Positions 11,941-27,635 of a DNA stretch of 64,000 nucleotides are shown one piece after another (the first letter of the stretch is position 1; every line of letters starts with the position of its first letter). The position numbers were made by a program, and so were the translations under genes. Source of the stretch: Peribolospora baueri (lineage: Eukaryota); contig JAMDHS010000010.1 of the NCBI GenBank assembly GCA_029717555.1, positions 186,001 through 250,000 on the forward strand, read 5' to 3'. Below the pieces are notes generated by a model. It searched no databases. It was not told where the DNA came from and worked only from the letters and a program-made list of their open reading frames with translations.

Positions 11941-12858
11941 CGTCGTGGTTCCTTTTTGGCGGTAGCCAGGTAAGAAGAGTGACGGCCTTTCGGATGATCA
12001 AGGTGAAGTAGACGAGGAGGCAAGGAGGGAAGGGAAGGTGCGGGATTGATGGCGGCAAGTAGGCTGCGGCGACGCTGGCAATCGCGACGGCCAACGGGTC
12101 AGCTTGGCGAGACTCGAGACCACCATCTGCTTGACCCTCACCAAAAGGTCGGAGTCGTCTTTTCCTTGTCCAACTCTGCTGACACCCGCTCGCCTGACGC
12201 GGGACCGGCCCGGCGACAACCCCTACTGCAAGTCAGAGGGCGGACACTGCGCCACCACGCAGCACAGGCCCCCCCTCCCCCACTACCCACCGTCTCCATC
12301 TCGCCTACGTCGCTAGTGCGGGTACGCGACACCCAGGGCCGCTCACACTCGTGTCAATACAGAGGAGCATGGCCGTTTATATGCCGTCACAGTGTCACTC
12401 ACCCTTCTCAACCTCAGGAACCCGTTCGACGACCCTTCATACCCAATAGCGTCCACCTAGGCAGATTTTTTTGAATCATGGGAAGATAGCTTGTGTTGAA
12501 AAGACCAGCCTGCATCTCATCCGCTCGTTGGGCCATAGATGGCCACTAAGCTATAGATTAGATATGTTTATTGTCCTCTTCCTTACCATCTCCAAGGTCT
12601 CAGCAGATCTTGCAATCGGCCTGACCGCCAGAGACCATCGACGATGGAACAGCCAAGACAGACAACCCACTCGAGTCATCGCCGAGGCACTGCTTCACCA
12701 GGAAGGAGGCTTTCAAAACGTTCAGGCACGACAGAGGCTTTGAGAAGGCTTTCATGGGAGACGCACTGGTGAAAAATAACCAGGACTGATCTCACTGCTG
12801 CCCAGCAGCTCGAAGGTGCAATTGCTGAAGCTTGTGAGGGCAGCCAATACGAAGACGA

Positions 12859-13553
12859 TTAAAAACACTCAAAGTTGAGAAGTGTGGCCCAGACATACCC
12901 GGGATAAAAAAGGAAGAGATATGACACCGGCGGAGCGACCATAGCGAGCCGCCAAAGGTCGAGACCAAAGCTGCAGAGAACAGACACGGTACCGAGTGCG
13001 TTCACGAAGATGGAACCTGTGTGACAGTTGATGGGTGCCTTTCTACTCTGATCTATGATTAAGCTGCGCGGTCGGACAAGCACAACATCGTCAGGTGCCT
13101 CGATAAGGCGTGCAAAAGGCTTCAAGGAAGGCCTGCCTTTACATTCCGACGTATGAGCCGATTAGGCAGTACCGGGCGCCGAGGTACATACCAGATGACT
13201 GAAGGAATGAAACAGGAGAAAAGGGGTTCCGAAGCAGAGGTGAGTGTATGATGTCGAGGAGGCTTGTTAGATGAAAACGCCTAGATTGGCATAGACGAGA
13301 GGAAAGTGGCTCACGAGAGTCAAAGGCACCCTTCCGCTGAAGATTTCCCAGTCGAAAGGGAACTGGATGGAGTTAGCGACGGCTGGCTCAGCATCTCAAG
13401 CTTGAAAAAGCGCTTGGGTCCATGCCTGTCCAAGCTCACCGTAGTGATGAATTCCCACACGGTGAACCCAAAGAAGCAGAGGAGAAGATTGCTTACTGTC
13501 GTGGCCCAGTCACCGTCGAACAAGGGCACAACAGACGAGACGTCACGATGCAC
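12859..13553 (-). CDS. Short (about 140 aa) DUF6533-like membrane protein, apparently truncated (possible pseudogene)
   Basis: Spliced reading: ...LLLCFFGFTVWEFITT|FPFDWEIFSGRVPLTL|SSGMYLGARYCLIGSYVG|ILIIDQSRKAPINCHTG...YVWATLLNFECF*. Donors are GTGAGC/GTGAGC/GTAAAG with CAG acceptors. The 3' end is uncertain. Confidence 0.55.
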
Positions 13554-14126
13554 TTTTATTCGTCAGTAGCGGTCTTGCCCGTCAGCGAGTGACGTGGGTA
13601 TCGACGCGGCTTCGTCGGTCGGTGAGGAGAGCTGGGAAAGTCGGTTGGAAGGAGAGACCGAGGCGGGAGGCGGTAGCGGCCGTACGTCGGCGACGGCATT
13701 GGCGGGCCGGGTGACGTTGACTGGCGAACGGGGGATGTTGACTGGGCGAACGAAGAGTGTTGACGGGTGAAGACGCGACGAAAGCGACTAGCGGGCCGCG
13801 GGCCGCTTGTCTTGTTCGAGAATGTGTTGTGGTCGAAGGTGTGGACAGCGAGATGCTGGCTCGGAGCCTAATGGCTGAGATCCGATATAGTATAACGGGG
13901 GAAAAGCGAGGGCGAGTCGAGTTCGAGTGCGGGAGCGTCCGAAGGGCGGCAAGTCGAGGTGGACGCGAGTAAGGGGGAAACGAGTAGGCTGGAAGCCAGC
14001 AAGCAAGGTGTAACAAGGTTCGAGATTGGGCAAGATGGTACGAGATGAGAGCATAAAGACTCGAGTCTATCTTTACGCAGTTATGATACGAACATAAAGT
14101 AGGATGGATACAGGGTATTAAGGCGC

Positions 14127-17100
14127 TCACGAGCTTACAACCTGGGACTGATAAATGGCGAGAGCGCGCAATAGATATGAGGGTGACAAACGAAGAGCGT
14201 CTTGAAGGGCTTGTAGAACGGGAGTAAAACTGTCCAGTTGCTTCAAGAGAAGGCTTGCGCAAGCGTTCTCCAGCCTGGTAACGAGTTGTTCCATCTGCAG
14301 GAGGGATAGATGGATAAAAAAAACAAAAAGAAACAAGGGGGGGAGGGGGGGTTCGTGGCTGACTTCTTTTATTAGGGTTAGAGTTATTCTGATTTGTCAG
14401 ACTCACCACAGGATAGAGCTCCTCGTCCATCGCATGTTCATGAATGGCTGCTGGGAGTAGTTGAGCATTCGCCTGAGCGACGCCGTTCCCCGCTGCCGTC
14501 ATGGATTCGAGCCGAAGGATGACAAGGCCTAACGCGCGAACATCTTCGTGGCTTAGAATGTTGGGCTTGGGAGCAAAGACTTGCTGGGGATGCGCAGATC
14601 CGCCCTGTGCCTGTAGGCGTCCTAAGAGATCGTTGGGGTACGCAACGGATATCGCCTCTGGAGCTTCCAGCCCTGTCAGAGCAAGACACACATAAACGAG
14701 GATAGTGTGATCAGAGCCGTTACAGCAGTAGCCGGCAACTGTAGATGAAAAGCGCTGTTCTGACCTTTGAGCTTCACAAGTCCAACTGGCACGACAGTAA
14801 ACCCAAGTCTTTGCAATAAGACGGCGTCTCGCGTGGGCGCGCCTTCATGCAAGGCGCTTGTGATATCCTCGACGGCTGAGAAGGTCAAGTAAGGCGGTAA
14901 TCACGGTCAGAGGAGTAAAGAAGCAAGATTGAGAAATGAGTGGTACTGGACGATCGCTCTCTCACCAGCAGCACTGAGTCGAATAGAACCGCCCTCAGCC
15001 GAGGCAGACACTCGGCTCGCCAAGTTGACTGGGCCTCCAAACTGCAACGGCCCGCGACGTCAGTTCCTGCACCCGGACTCAGGGGCAGAGGTTATATAAT
15101 AAAGAAGTCATACTTACGTAGTCCTGGAGGGGGATTGTGAAGTGGAATCGAGTAATGCATATCCAGCTTCAGCATCTGGATATTGCTTATTACAAGGTGT
15201 GGTCGTGTGGTCAAGATGAGAGAACCTACCATTCTTCCATGAAGCGGGTCTTCCTCACAGAGAGGCTCTCCTACATGGATACCTATCCGCACACTGAGTC
15301 CCCGGAAGATGAGCTTGCCTTCGGCGTCGAATACTGTTGTTGTTCAGAACCATATCGGATGAGGTCAGTGCACACACACGCCCACGGCAGGCGAAATAAG
15401 AAATTGCGGAAGATACGTACCCTCTTTCGCGCCCTCTTGAGCCAATACTTCCACAGGCCAGGGCTCCCGAAGAAGGGCCAGTTGAACGTGTAGGCTCCAG
15501 AGCATTGCAGAAGTGGTTGAAGCGAACGCAACAACTGATTGCGGATGGGCCGGCGAGGAGTTATACGAGAAATAGAAAGGTCAATCAGGGCCTACAGCAT
15601 AGCAGTTGTCTTGCAAACGCACCAAATGCATCGCCTTCCGTCTAAGAGTGACAGAGTAAAGAGAAGATTTCGGGTACTCCATCAGCAGTGCAGATCAGAT
15701 TGCACGACATAACGCGAAGCATCAACCTCTGACCTTGACCTCGAACCCGCCGAGAACCCGGAGTTGACGCCGGAGGAGCGTATTGTGCAAGCGCATGGCT
15801 GTTTAGCCAACCGCCGTCGACAGGGGTAGATAGGTATCAGCCACATGCCAGGTCGCTGAACGCATCTCAGAGAGGGTGGCACTTGCCGCTCTGCATGGCC
15901 GTTGGGGCAGCTTCCCAAAGTGACGTCGACGATTTGACGTCGGTGAAGACCAGCGCGACGCGGCCGATTGGAGGTGGAACCTCGCGACTGCAAAAAAGTG
16001 AAGCCATCGCCATGAGAAAATGCGTTCGAACAGCGCAAAGCCAAGACTGAAGCTTACTCTAATCGAGCCAGCGTACGATCGCCAGGAAGAACATCCGTCG
16101 GACGTCTGCTGGCAATTCTTGCATAGTGTTCGCGAGTATCTTGTCCCTTGAATAAGTGACCAACAGCCAGGACCATCACCATAAGGCTTTCTTCCGCTCC
16201 GTAGCTGATCGCGAAATCTCGGAGCTTTTGCGCAGCGAGCATAGGATCGTCACGCTTGGTTCGGGCGATGTCGACCGCTGCCTGATGCGACATGTACTTC
16301 CAGAGACTTCGATTAGCGAGGATGATAAATTCATCCGCATCGGAGAGTTCAATCGTATGGATGGCCGGTTGCGCGTTGACGATGGGGAAGAGACCATAAT
16401 ATCCGAAGGAGCGGGACACGTCCAGCTCGTCGTTGACGCGTTCGCGAAGAGAAACCCACCCCTCCGCAGCACGGATCCGTAAGGTCTCAGATTGAAGTAG
16501 AGGCTCATGCTTGGTGGAGATGAGGCTTGGCGTGCCGCCACTCCTTGATGCGACGGCCAGAGCGTCTCCGACGTTGGCGACGTACATTTTGCGTTGGACA
16601 ATGTAGACGATCAACGCCGATGCGCCCGCTTTCAGAAAATTGCGGTTCGCCATGGACGCGGCAAGCGCGTGCGTAGAGTCGCCGTTCGCAAAGATGCTGC
16701 CCTCCGACATCTTACGCTTGACCTCTCCTAGGGGCGACACCGCATCTGCGTACTCCTTCTGAAGACCCAAAAACGTGCGCCTCAACGCACCTGGGATGTC
16801 CTCAGTCCTCGTCTCAAGCTTGCTCAATTCAGTGGCAAAGCGCTGAGCGAAAACATCCTGGAGGAACTTCGCAAGGCGACTTCCACCAGCGGAGGAGTGA
16901 CCTCGTCCATCGAACAAGCCGAGCAAACACTCGTCGTCCCGGTTACGGAAGCGCGGAATGACCAGGTCGGCCATGTTGAGATGTTCGTGGCGGCCCAAGG
17001 TGTCTGCAATGCCGTACGGCATAGAGTTGACGTTCGACAAGGAGGTCCGCACGCGACGATCCTCGCTCTCGTCGGGCATTGAAGGGATCGTCACAGTGAC

Positions 17101-20100
17101 ATCCATAAGCCCCAAAAGATGCAGAGACCTTAGACCTCCAAACTCGGATAAACCCTTACGCCTCAGGGACAATGCGGAGGGGACCGAGTCTGAAGGTTGG
17201 TACGGACTGATTTCGAGTCGCTTGTTCCCCGAGAGGTTGAGGTATCGAAGTTCCGGGTTCGAGTTCCTTGCGCATGATCACATGCAGGTGTGGGCGGCCG
17301 TCAGTGTCGATCTTCAATATGTCCTTGGATTCGGATCATCCACTTCCCGTTCACTCACCAATTCCAATCGTACGGCAAATTGACGATGTTGTACTTGAGT
17401 GCGTTGCTACCCACATCGAGACTGCACAGGCCGGTAGCTTTCCCGAGTTCGGCGGGTAAGGTCTGCAGTTTGTTACCGTTCAAATACAGAATGCGGAGGT
17501 CCGACAGATGCTCAAATTCATCTGATGGAAGGCTGACAAGGGAGTTGCCGCTCAAATAAACCTCTTCGAGGTGGTGGTTCTTAAGGAACGAACAGGTCGG
17601 AATTTCGTGGATCTGGTTGAAGCTCAAGTTCAAGACCTTGAGTTCGGGGAGATTACTGATGACATCGAAGACGTCCTCCTTAAGCCGATTGTCGCAAAGT
17701 AAGAGCTTTTTGAGGCAGCGAGAGAGAGGAGAACAATCTTCCATATCGCCATCGGCGCGGAATGGTGGCGGGCTCGGAAGGGACTCTAGGAGATTTGAGC
17801 TGACATTTAAAGTCGTAAGCCGTCCACAGTGCCAGAGTTGAGCGGGCAGTGCCTTCAAATTGTTGTTGTGCACGTTCAGCGTTTGAAGGTTCTGCAAGCG
17901 GCCTAAGGAAACGGGCAAAACGCCCAGGACGTTGGTGGTGCACGAGAGGTGAACAAGACGATCCAGGCAACCAATCGATTCTGGTAATGAGAGCAGCTGA
18001 TTGCAGTCAAGCGTCAGAGAGGTCAGAGATGGTAGAGCATCGAAGACTTGATCGCTCAGTTGCGTGAGGTTGGCGGAGGACAGGTCGAGGTTCGAGAGAT
18101 GGACCATGGGCTCCGAACCGACAGTCGCGCTGAAGCGGCTGATGTTGTTGTTGGCAAGACTCAACAACCGAAGGTTGGGCATTGATGTGACGTCGCAAGT
18201 TGTAACACCATTGCGATCGCATCGGAGGACCTCCAGTCTGGGCAGGCCAAAAGCGACCTTGAAGTCCGTTATTGCGTTCCAGCGGACGTCGAATTCCCGT
18301 AGACTGGTCAGGTTGGCCAGGCTGTCTGGCAAGGAGCTGAGCAAATTGTTGGCGATCGCAAACCGCTCAAGGTGAGACAACCGACCAACCTCTGGTGGTA
18401 GAGTCGACAAATAGTTGAAGGATACATCAAGGTCGACAAGGTTTTCCATCCTGTAGACAACTCCAGGGAAAACTTCGAAGCGATTATTGGAGATGTTGAG
18501 ATACTTGAGCGCACGCAATTGATCAAAATAGTCCGCTGCATCCAGAGGAGCAAAGAAGGCACAAGGTCAGTGTCAAGGTTGGGAGCACTACAACGCCAGA
18601 ACGGAACAAAGACGATAATGTTACGCACGGAGACCCAAAAGGCGGTTGTTATGCAGTTTGATGGAGGTCAGGTCGCGCATATTGTCGAGCCTGATGCGGT
18701 CAATGTCTTTAATTCGGTTGCTAGACACGTCCAGATGCGTGAGAGTTTGACTGTGCGCTATACTTTGAGGAATGCGTTTTAGCCCCAAGGAGCGAAGCCT
18801 TAGCTCCCTCAGAGAATCGCATGACTGGATGAAATCGAGCGGCAGGTCCGTCATGGGGTTGTTGGACAAGTCGAGACTGACTATCTCTGCGGCTCGTTGA
18901 TACATGAAGATGGGTACCATCTCCAGGTTGCGGGCCTGCAGGTCCAAATGCTCCAAGGAAAAGTCGCCCGTTTCGAGTTCTGCCCCGAGCTGAAAGTTTT
19001 GAACCGAATCTGGCCGAAACACAAAAGCCAACAGATAGGAGAGGTCGTCACAACCGACTTCCTCGATCCTGTCTGCGTCCGTAAATCCCGCCTGGTCGAG
19101 ACGGCGCCGCTGTAGTACGACGGGCTTCTCCTGGGCTCCCAGAGGACGTTCTACCGACCGATGATGACACATGGGAGAGCAATCGCGTACGTGAGCCGCA
19201 GAACTCCAACCTTGACCTTCCCCATTCTTGCTGCTCACCTTGCCCCTTCTCGCGCACGTAGAGGCGGAAGGCGCCCGCTTCCGGGGCGATAAATTTTCGG
19301 GTCAGCATCGCGTGCAACTCTGCAGTGGTGGTAAGCAATGGGCAGGTGACCGTGACAAATGTCCAATCGCTGCGGAATATGCGTAGGTAGTGCTGGAAAT
19401 GTGTTCACAACCCAATCAATCCGGTAAGTGCCAAAGGGTTCCGCTGCGGGTGAAGGTGAACGCTCACTCACGTTTCGCGTTGCGAAGGTAGCCAAAGTGC
19501 TGGATGTGCTGCCGGCTGTCCCAGGCCGTTTTTGAGTATGAGGTTCTTTTCCATTCGCTCTCGACGACTCGTCCCGGTCGTCTGCGTCGTTGCTGCCCTT
19601 GCTGGACGGCCTACCCTGCAGAGCTCCTGCGGTGCTCGGTCTGGGCAATCGTAAACCCCGACCAAATCGCGACGGCAAGCGGGTGGAGGGAGCAGGCGCC
19701 TCGATCGAAGAGGCGTGACTACTGTCTCTACGGGCAGTGTCCATAGAAGCTGCATCTGACATGGAACGTTGGCTGTCGCGAACATTTTCGTACGACCTAG
19801 ATCGGCCATCCGGGTATGGCGCAGCAAGAGAAGTAACCGAGCTAGGCATCAATCCGGGCGCCTCTGGGCCCAAGACTTCGACCAATTCGCGCCCGGTTTC
19901 CTCGTAATCGTCATCGTCTGCGTCCAGAGACGCGTCCGCCAATTGGTCGCCGAAGTTTCTGCTCGCCGACGAAGACGGCCCGCTTGAAAGTTCGGTAACC
20001 CTTGCCGAGCTGACAAGAGGAGTTGCGGAAGGTTGTAAGTCGCCCTTGTTGTCGACCTCATCGTCATCATCATCGTCAGGCAGCGACTTCTGTTCCACTT

Positions 20101-22009
20101 GGACCGCCCAGCTATCAGGGGCTTGCCAGGTGGCGCCAGAAGTGGAATTCATTGGGCCGAGTCGTTGGCGTGGGGAAGGCGCTGTTTCCACGTCGGGAAA
20201 GCTATAGTCCGGATCGACAAGCGGACCTTGACCGTCCGTCATCCGCGCAGAGCCAGATTGACCGACAATGTGAGGTGCTCGTACGTAAGGTGAGGAACCC
20301 CGCCGGCCAAAGACATCGACGAATTGGAGGCTTGACGTCGATCCAGCCGGCGAATCCGACATTGATGGGGAGCCATGCCCGGTTCCCGTGCTAAAGGTTG
20401 AGGTCACGCTGTCTTTCCTCAGGCCTACAGCGCTTGCACCTGCGCCGGGGTAGGCAGACCTCGACGAGTCTATAGAGCTTCTCCCAGGCAGTCCGGATTG
20501 GGTTCCCAGGGGACGACCTGAAGATGTAGAAGCAGCATCAGACTGCTGCAACTCGGCGTGTGAAATGCGACGCAGAGCCGCCTGCGACAGGCTGATATGG
20601 GATGGTCTTCGAGCATTGGCACGATGGTGGGAGGTGAGCGAAGGATCCCCGCTGTGATGCAGGGCTGAGGCGAGATGAAAAGGATTGAGTCCCCTTTTGT
20701 GCGAGTGAGCTTCTGTCTCACTTTGGCCGTTCGAGCGTGTCGTCGGGGACACCTCTTCGGGCGGCGTCGGAGGATCCTCCCAGGGCGCAATGACAGCGGG
20801 GTCATTATGACTGGTGGTGCTGCGGAGCGAAGTTTGTCGCTCGTTCGGCTGCCTGCTGGACACGAGCCTCGCTGAACGCAGTCCTGGTGGTGCCACCTCC
20901 TGGTTCTTGGCGAGGTAGCTGAGTTGACTGCTACTGGCTGACCTGAGGTGATTCGTGTTGATGATGCCTTCCATCCGATCAAGGCTAGTGTTCAAAGAGA
21001 TATCTACGCCCCCTGAGTTGATATGTGAAGACGAACGACCCGCCTCGCTCGAATCAGCTCTCGCCCCAAAGCTTGTCTTCCGATGGTGGTGATGATACTA
21101 CGAGTATGCAATACCAAAAGCCAAGAGCCTATATCAGCAAAACGGGTCCAAAACTTGTGGAGCTCTTCGACAAAGTGGCCTTCTCCCACGGACCTCGTCG
21201 CCAAGCCTGTCTTCCTCGAGTCTCTTGTCTCGTCCCCCAATCTCTTTCGCCTTGTCCGACGGCCTCCCGCGTCCCGCAGACACCACAGAGGACAACCTCG
21301 AAGAGTCTCTGCTCACGTCCGGTGCTGATCCCCCGGGATCTTCACGTGCAAGTCAGTCAACAAATGGAAAAGAAAGGACAACGTCAGCCGAAGATGGACA
21401 GATAGCGAGCTTTGCAATCAATCCAGCGAAGTGTGCGGTGGAGGATGCAAGTACTAATTGAGATAGGCATGCGCACCTTCGACCCACTCGCTCTTCTCCG
21501 AAGTCCCGGGTCCGCCGCTCGCCTTCTTCTTAAGGTAGCTAAAGATACCCCTACTCCGCTTCCCCTTTCCGTCCCGAAAAGAAGAGGTGGAGTTTTGTCG
21601 GTCGCCTCGAGGAGGAGTGGCACGAGTACTACTTGCTTGGCGGAAAGACAAAGAGGAGGGGGTGTCCGAACGCTGGCGCAAAGAGGAAGACGAACCCTCG
21701 CGCAGAGAGGTGGGGCTTGTCGTCGACGTCGAACTGGTCATGGCGGACGAGAGCACAGATCGCAAGGACGTCGACGACGCAGCAGCCTTTTCCGACGCAA
21801 TAAGTACGCATACAGTCTCAGCACCAATCCCACTTCAACGAAAAAGGCAGTACAGAAGGTACGCAGGACACGACAAAGAGCGACAGTAAACTCACTGGCT
21901 GGAAGGCACCGACGTCCGATCGTTGAGAGGGCCCATCCTGGAACAAAAAAGGGCTGACATGTTCTGGTTTTGCTACATTTTCCTTCCCGGAGCCTTGTGG
22001 TGGTGTCAT
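14127..22009 (-). CDS. CYR1: Fungal adenylate cyclase (Ras-association, LRR, PP2C-like and class III cyclase domains)
   Basis: RA region YLRIFRSDWTFVTVTCPL, LRR array (17355-19000) and PP2C-like region (GLFDGRG, YVANVGDA). Catalytic motifs VFTDVKSST, KTEGDAF, GLSVRIGIHVG and DY-FGGPVNLASR. The 5' start (ATG 22009) is tentative. Confidence 0.95.
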
Positions 22010-22407
22010 CGTGGGCTACCGGAGTAACACTTCGCTTGTTGGTTTCGGATGAGGCAAGGGGCAAGAGGAATTACGGAAAGGGTGCGAGGATGCGGCTGGT
22101 TCAAGGCGTCGTTGACGTCAAGGCATGGCGATCTGAACAAGCAAATAGGGCGACCAGCGAGTGCTTGCGGGCCAGTCGGACGAACCAGTGCTGAAAGAAG
22201 GAAGATGTTTGTTGTAGACGATCTCAACGGTCCAGCGTGGCCCACACGAATGTCCACCCGGCGACTGCACGCGCCAACCGCCGCAGTCAGGCCATGTGGT
22301 AGGTATGCCAGCCTGACCTCATTCCTGACCACCAAACAATATTCCCCTGTCCTCTCGGCAGCGGACCTTTGCCATTTCGTCGCTCTCAGCAGAAACACGC
22401 TCCTACC

Positions 22408-25328
22408 ATGCTGCTTGCCTCGCTCTTAGTCCTTGCGGCAGTCACAGGACGCGAGGCGGCGGCTTGGTACCTCCCGGGCTCCGCTCCCCGGTCGTACGCC
22501 CCTCTTGATCCTGTCGATGTTACAGTCAACGCTCTGACCCCTTCGATCAACCCTCAAAATCAGATCAAGGTGTGTGCCGCACCATTGGGCCGCTGGTGAT
22601 TTCAGTAGAGATATTCAGGCCGTGGACCTGCCGGCTATTTAGCAACAATGCTCAATTCCCCATCTCATTCCCCGCGTTTGCGTTGCAGTCGCTCGTCTCT
22701 TACGACTTTTATGATGATCGGCTTCATTTCTGCAAGCCTCCTGGAGGCCCTCAACGGCACAGCGAGAATTTGGGAGAGGCATTATTCGGAGACCGTATCC
22801 TGACGTCCCCTCTCGAGGTGATCGCTTCGCACCGTCGCCTCGCTCTTCTTGAAGGCGTTGATCGCAGCTCGTTCTGACCACCTCAACGCGGATGCAATTT
22901 TCTCCATGCAGGTGCGAATGCTGCAGAATACGACCTGTCAGACCCTCTGCACCTCTGCCATTCCGCCCGGAGATGCCAAATTCATCAACGACCGAATTCG
23001 CGAGTCGTACACCGTCAACTGGGCCGTCGATGGTCTTCCTGTTGCCCATATGATGGTTGAGGAGAAGACTCAGGACATATTTTATTCCGTCGGGTTCGCT
23101 CTAGGTTCGACCGACGGGCCACTGGAACAGCCTGTCCTGTACAACCACTTCACGCTTTATTTGGAGTATCATGAGAGGTCACCGCAGGACTTGAGAGTTG
23201 TTGGCGCTCTGATCTGGCTCAAGAGGTGCGTGCCAGTTGTGTGCTTTATCAATGGTTTCGTGCGTGTATAGTGTCAAGCCGCGCAAATCTGACGTCCTTT
23301 GCCATGACATTCTGACACTGCAGCATTGATCATAGCCGTTCAGGAGGATCATGCTCTCCAGCCTCGACGTACCCTCTAGTATTGAGCGAATCGGCCCGGA
23401 CCAGTGTGGCATACACTTACGATGTTATCTGGAGACCCTCCGATGTGCCTTGGGCTTTGAGATGGGATGCTTACCTTCGCGTTTTCGACCCTCGGATTCA
23501 TTGGATGTCTTTGGCGAATTCTGCACTGGTTGTCGGGTTCTTGTGCGCTGTCGCCTGTTTGCTCCTGCTCCGAGCCGCCAACCGGGACATTACTCGATAC
23601 AATGCCGTCCTGTTCGACGATGAAGGCCTAGCAGAGGATTGGGGCTGGAAGTTGATCCATGGAGAGGTCTTCCGTGCTCCACGCCGCCCACTTCTTCTGT
23701 CTGTTTTAGTGGGCAGCGGCGCCCACCTTCTTGCCATGTCCTCTGTGACGCTCGGTGGGTAACCGAAGAAGGCTGCAGATATCCTACCAGCTTCTATGGT
23801 GTCCTGACGTTTATGGTTCTCATCCATTCAGTCTTCGCTCTCCTTGGCTTCCTCTCCCCTTCCAATCGAGGCTCCCTCGGCACAGCCCTCCTGGTCACCT
23901 ATGTGCTGTTTGGGTCGGTCTCAGGCTGGGTGTCAATGCGGACGTACATGTCGATGGACGGTGAGAAGTGGAAGCAGTGCATGTTTTTGTCCGCCACTCT
24001 TCTCCCTACGTAAGTCTCTTTTTCACACTTGCTGAATCTGCGCCGCCGTCACCGGCGCCGTTCTGTACTGAAATTCCATTTATGTTTCTAATTGTTGTAA
24101 TGTGTAGGACCGTCTTTGCTGCCATGCATCTCTTGAATTTCTTTCTTGTTGGAAGTGGAGCTTCGGGCGCAGTTCCTTTCGGTGAGACCAGTCTTGTATC
24201 TTTCTTCTGATTGCGATTTTGCCATAGTGGCTGACATCCCCTCAATGCTCGTACCCGATAGGGACGATGGCCGCCCTGGTAGCTCTCTGGTTCCTGGTCT
24301 CCACCCCGTTGTGTATCATCGGTGCGATCTTGGCGCTGCGAAGAGGGGCTGCAAATCACCCGACCAAGGTCCACCCTATTCCGCGACAGGTAGGTGACTA
24401 AAGTTTCCACATCCATTCTACATCAATGTGAATTGATATGCATATGTTCATCTGATCAGATCCCGCCTCGGCCTTGGTACATGGGCTTGATTGTGAGTAT
24501 GGAGAGAATTGCGTCGCCACACTGATTTTCTCATCCTGAGTCTGCAATTTTCTACGCCAGCCAAGCACTTTAATGTGCGGCATTCTTCCTTTCGGCGTGA
24601 GTCTGACCTACTGCACAGCTGCTTACCGTGCCTAGCTTTGAAACTGATGGAGATTTTTCCAGGCTATTGCCATTGAGGGTTATTATCTCTCAACCAGCGT
24701 CTGGGGTGGACGCATATATTATGCCTTCGGTTTCCTCTCTCTCACTTTGGCTATCGCTTTCCTGGCGAGCGCAACCGTCGCCGTTCTTAACTGCTGTGAG
24801 TTGTCTTTCGGCTGAGAGCTTTGGACGCGGCGTATGCATATAGAATGCTAAACTAACAAGTGTCTCCTGTGCTTGACATGTCGTCATCAGACTTCACTTT
24901 GTGCAGAGAGGAATGGAGGTACGTCTTTGTGCGGCGATTTACACTTGGAATTGATATGCTTGGCCCCTGCCCCTTGTTCTTATCTCGCTCTCATTGATTT
25001 CTTCCATCCGTGCCGCAGGTGGCAATGGAGGGCTTTCTTGACCGGAGGGGGTTCGGCTTTCTGGCTGGTCGCTTTTGGCTTGCTTTACTCTGCCCGACTC
25101 GCTCTCGAAGGCTTTGTCAACAAGGTCCTCTTTACGGGCTATTTACTGCTCGCCGCACTGCTCTGGTTCATCGTCACTGGTGAGCTTGATTAGTCTTCTG
25201 GAACCATGTTTAGGTGTGTCATCGACTGAATACATCCACTTCGCTTTCTTCAAATAGGGTCGATCGGATGGCTGGCTTGCTATGCCACTGTCCGCACTTT
25301 GTACTCTCGTGTTCTGCGGATAGACTGA
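22408..25328 (+). CDS. EMP70: Nonaspanin / TM9SF (EMP70/TMN family) endomembrane protein
   Basis: Signal peptide followed by WYLPGSAP, ENLGEALFGDRI, IHWMSLANS, DWGWKLIHGEVFRAP, SPSNRGSL and GILPFG. The C-terminus is VLRID*. Confidence 0.92.
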
Positions 25329-25470
25329 AGGGTTGCGTGAGCAGCCTGTTTCGGTCTTTTATCTGCGGGGATGGAAGCCAGTGGCCGTAATAGTTACTAG
25401 AAATACAGGATCGTCCATACACTACACAGTACACAGGATACTTGGTGTCAAAGAAAGTGTCGCGACGGAC

Positions 25471-27450
<1,980 letters not shown>

Positions 27451-27635
27451 GCTGGAGGTGGGGTTTGGTGTGGTGGTTGGAGACGAAGGTGTGCGCAGCG
27501 ACGCACGAGTAGGGTTATCCCACCGGAGCGTGATTGAGTGATCGAGTGAGGCCCGGCCGTCGACCATCAGGCACTCATAGCATAGACTCACGATCTTGCC
27601 TTTTTGACCACCTCCTCCAAAAGGAAGGGAAAACG

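Noticed and set aside
13582..14691. 369-aa ORF as the cyclase C-terminus
   Set aside because: It reads through an intron (GTGAGT at 14406). The spliced last exon ends at 14127.
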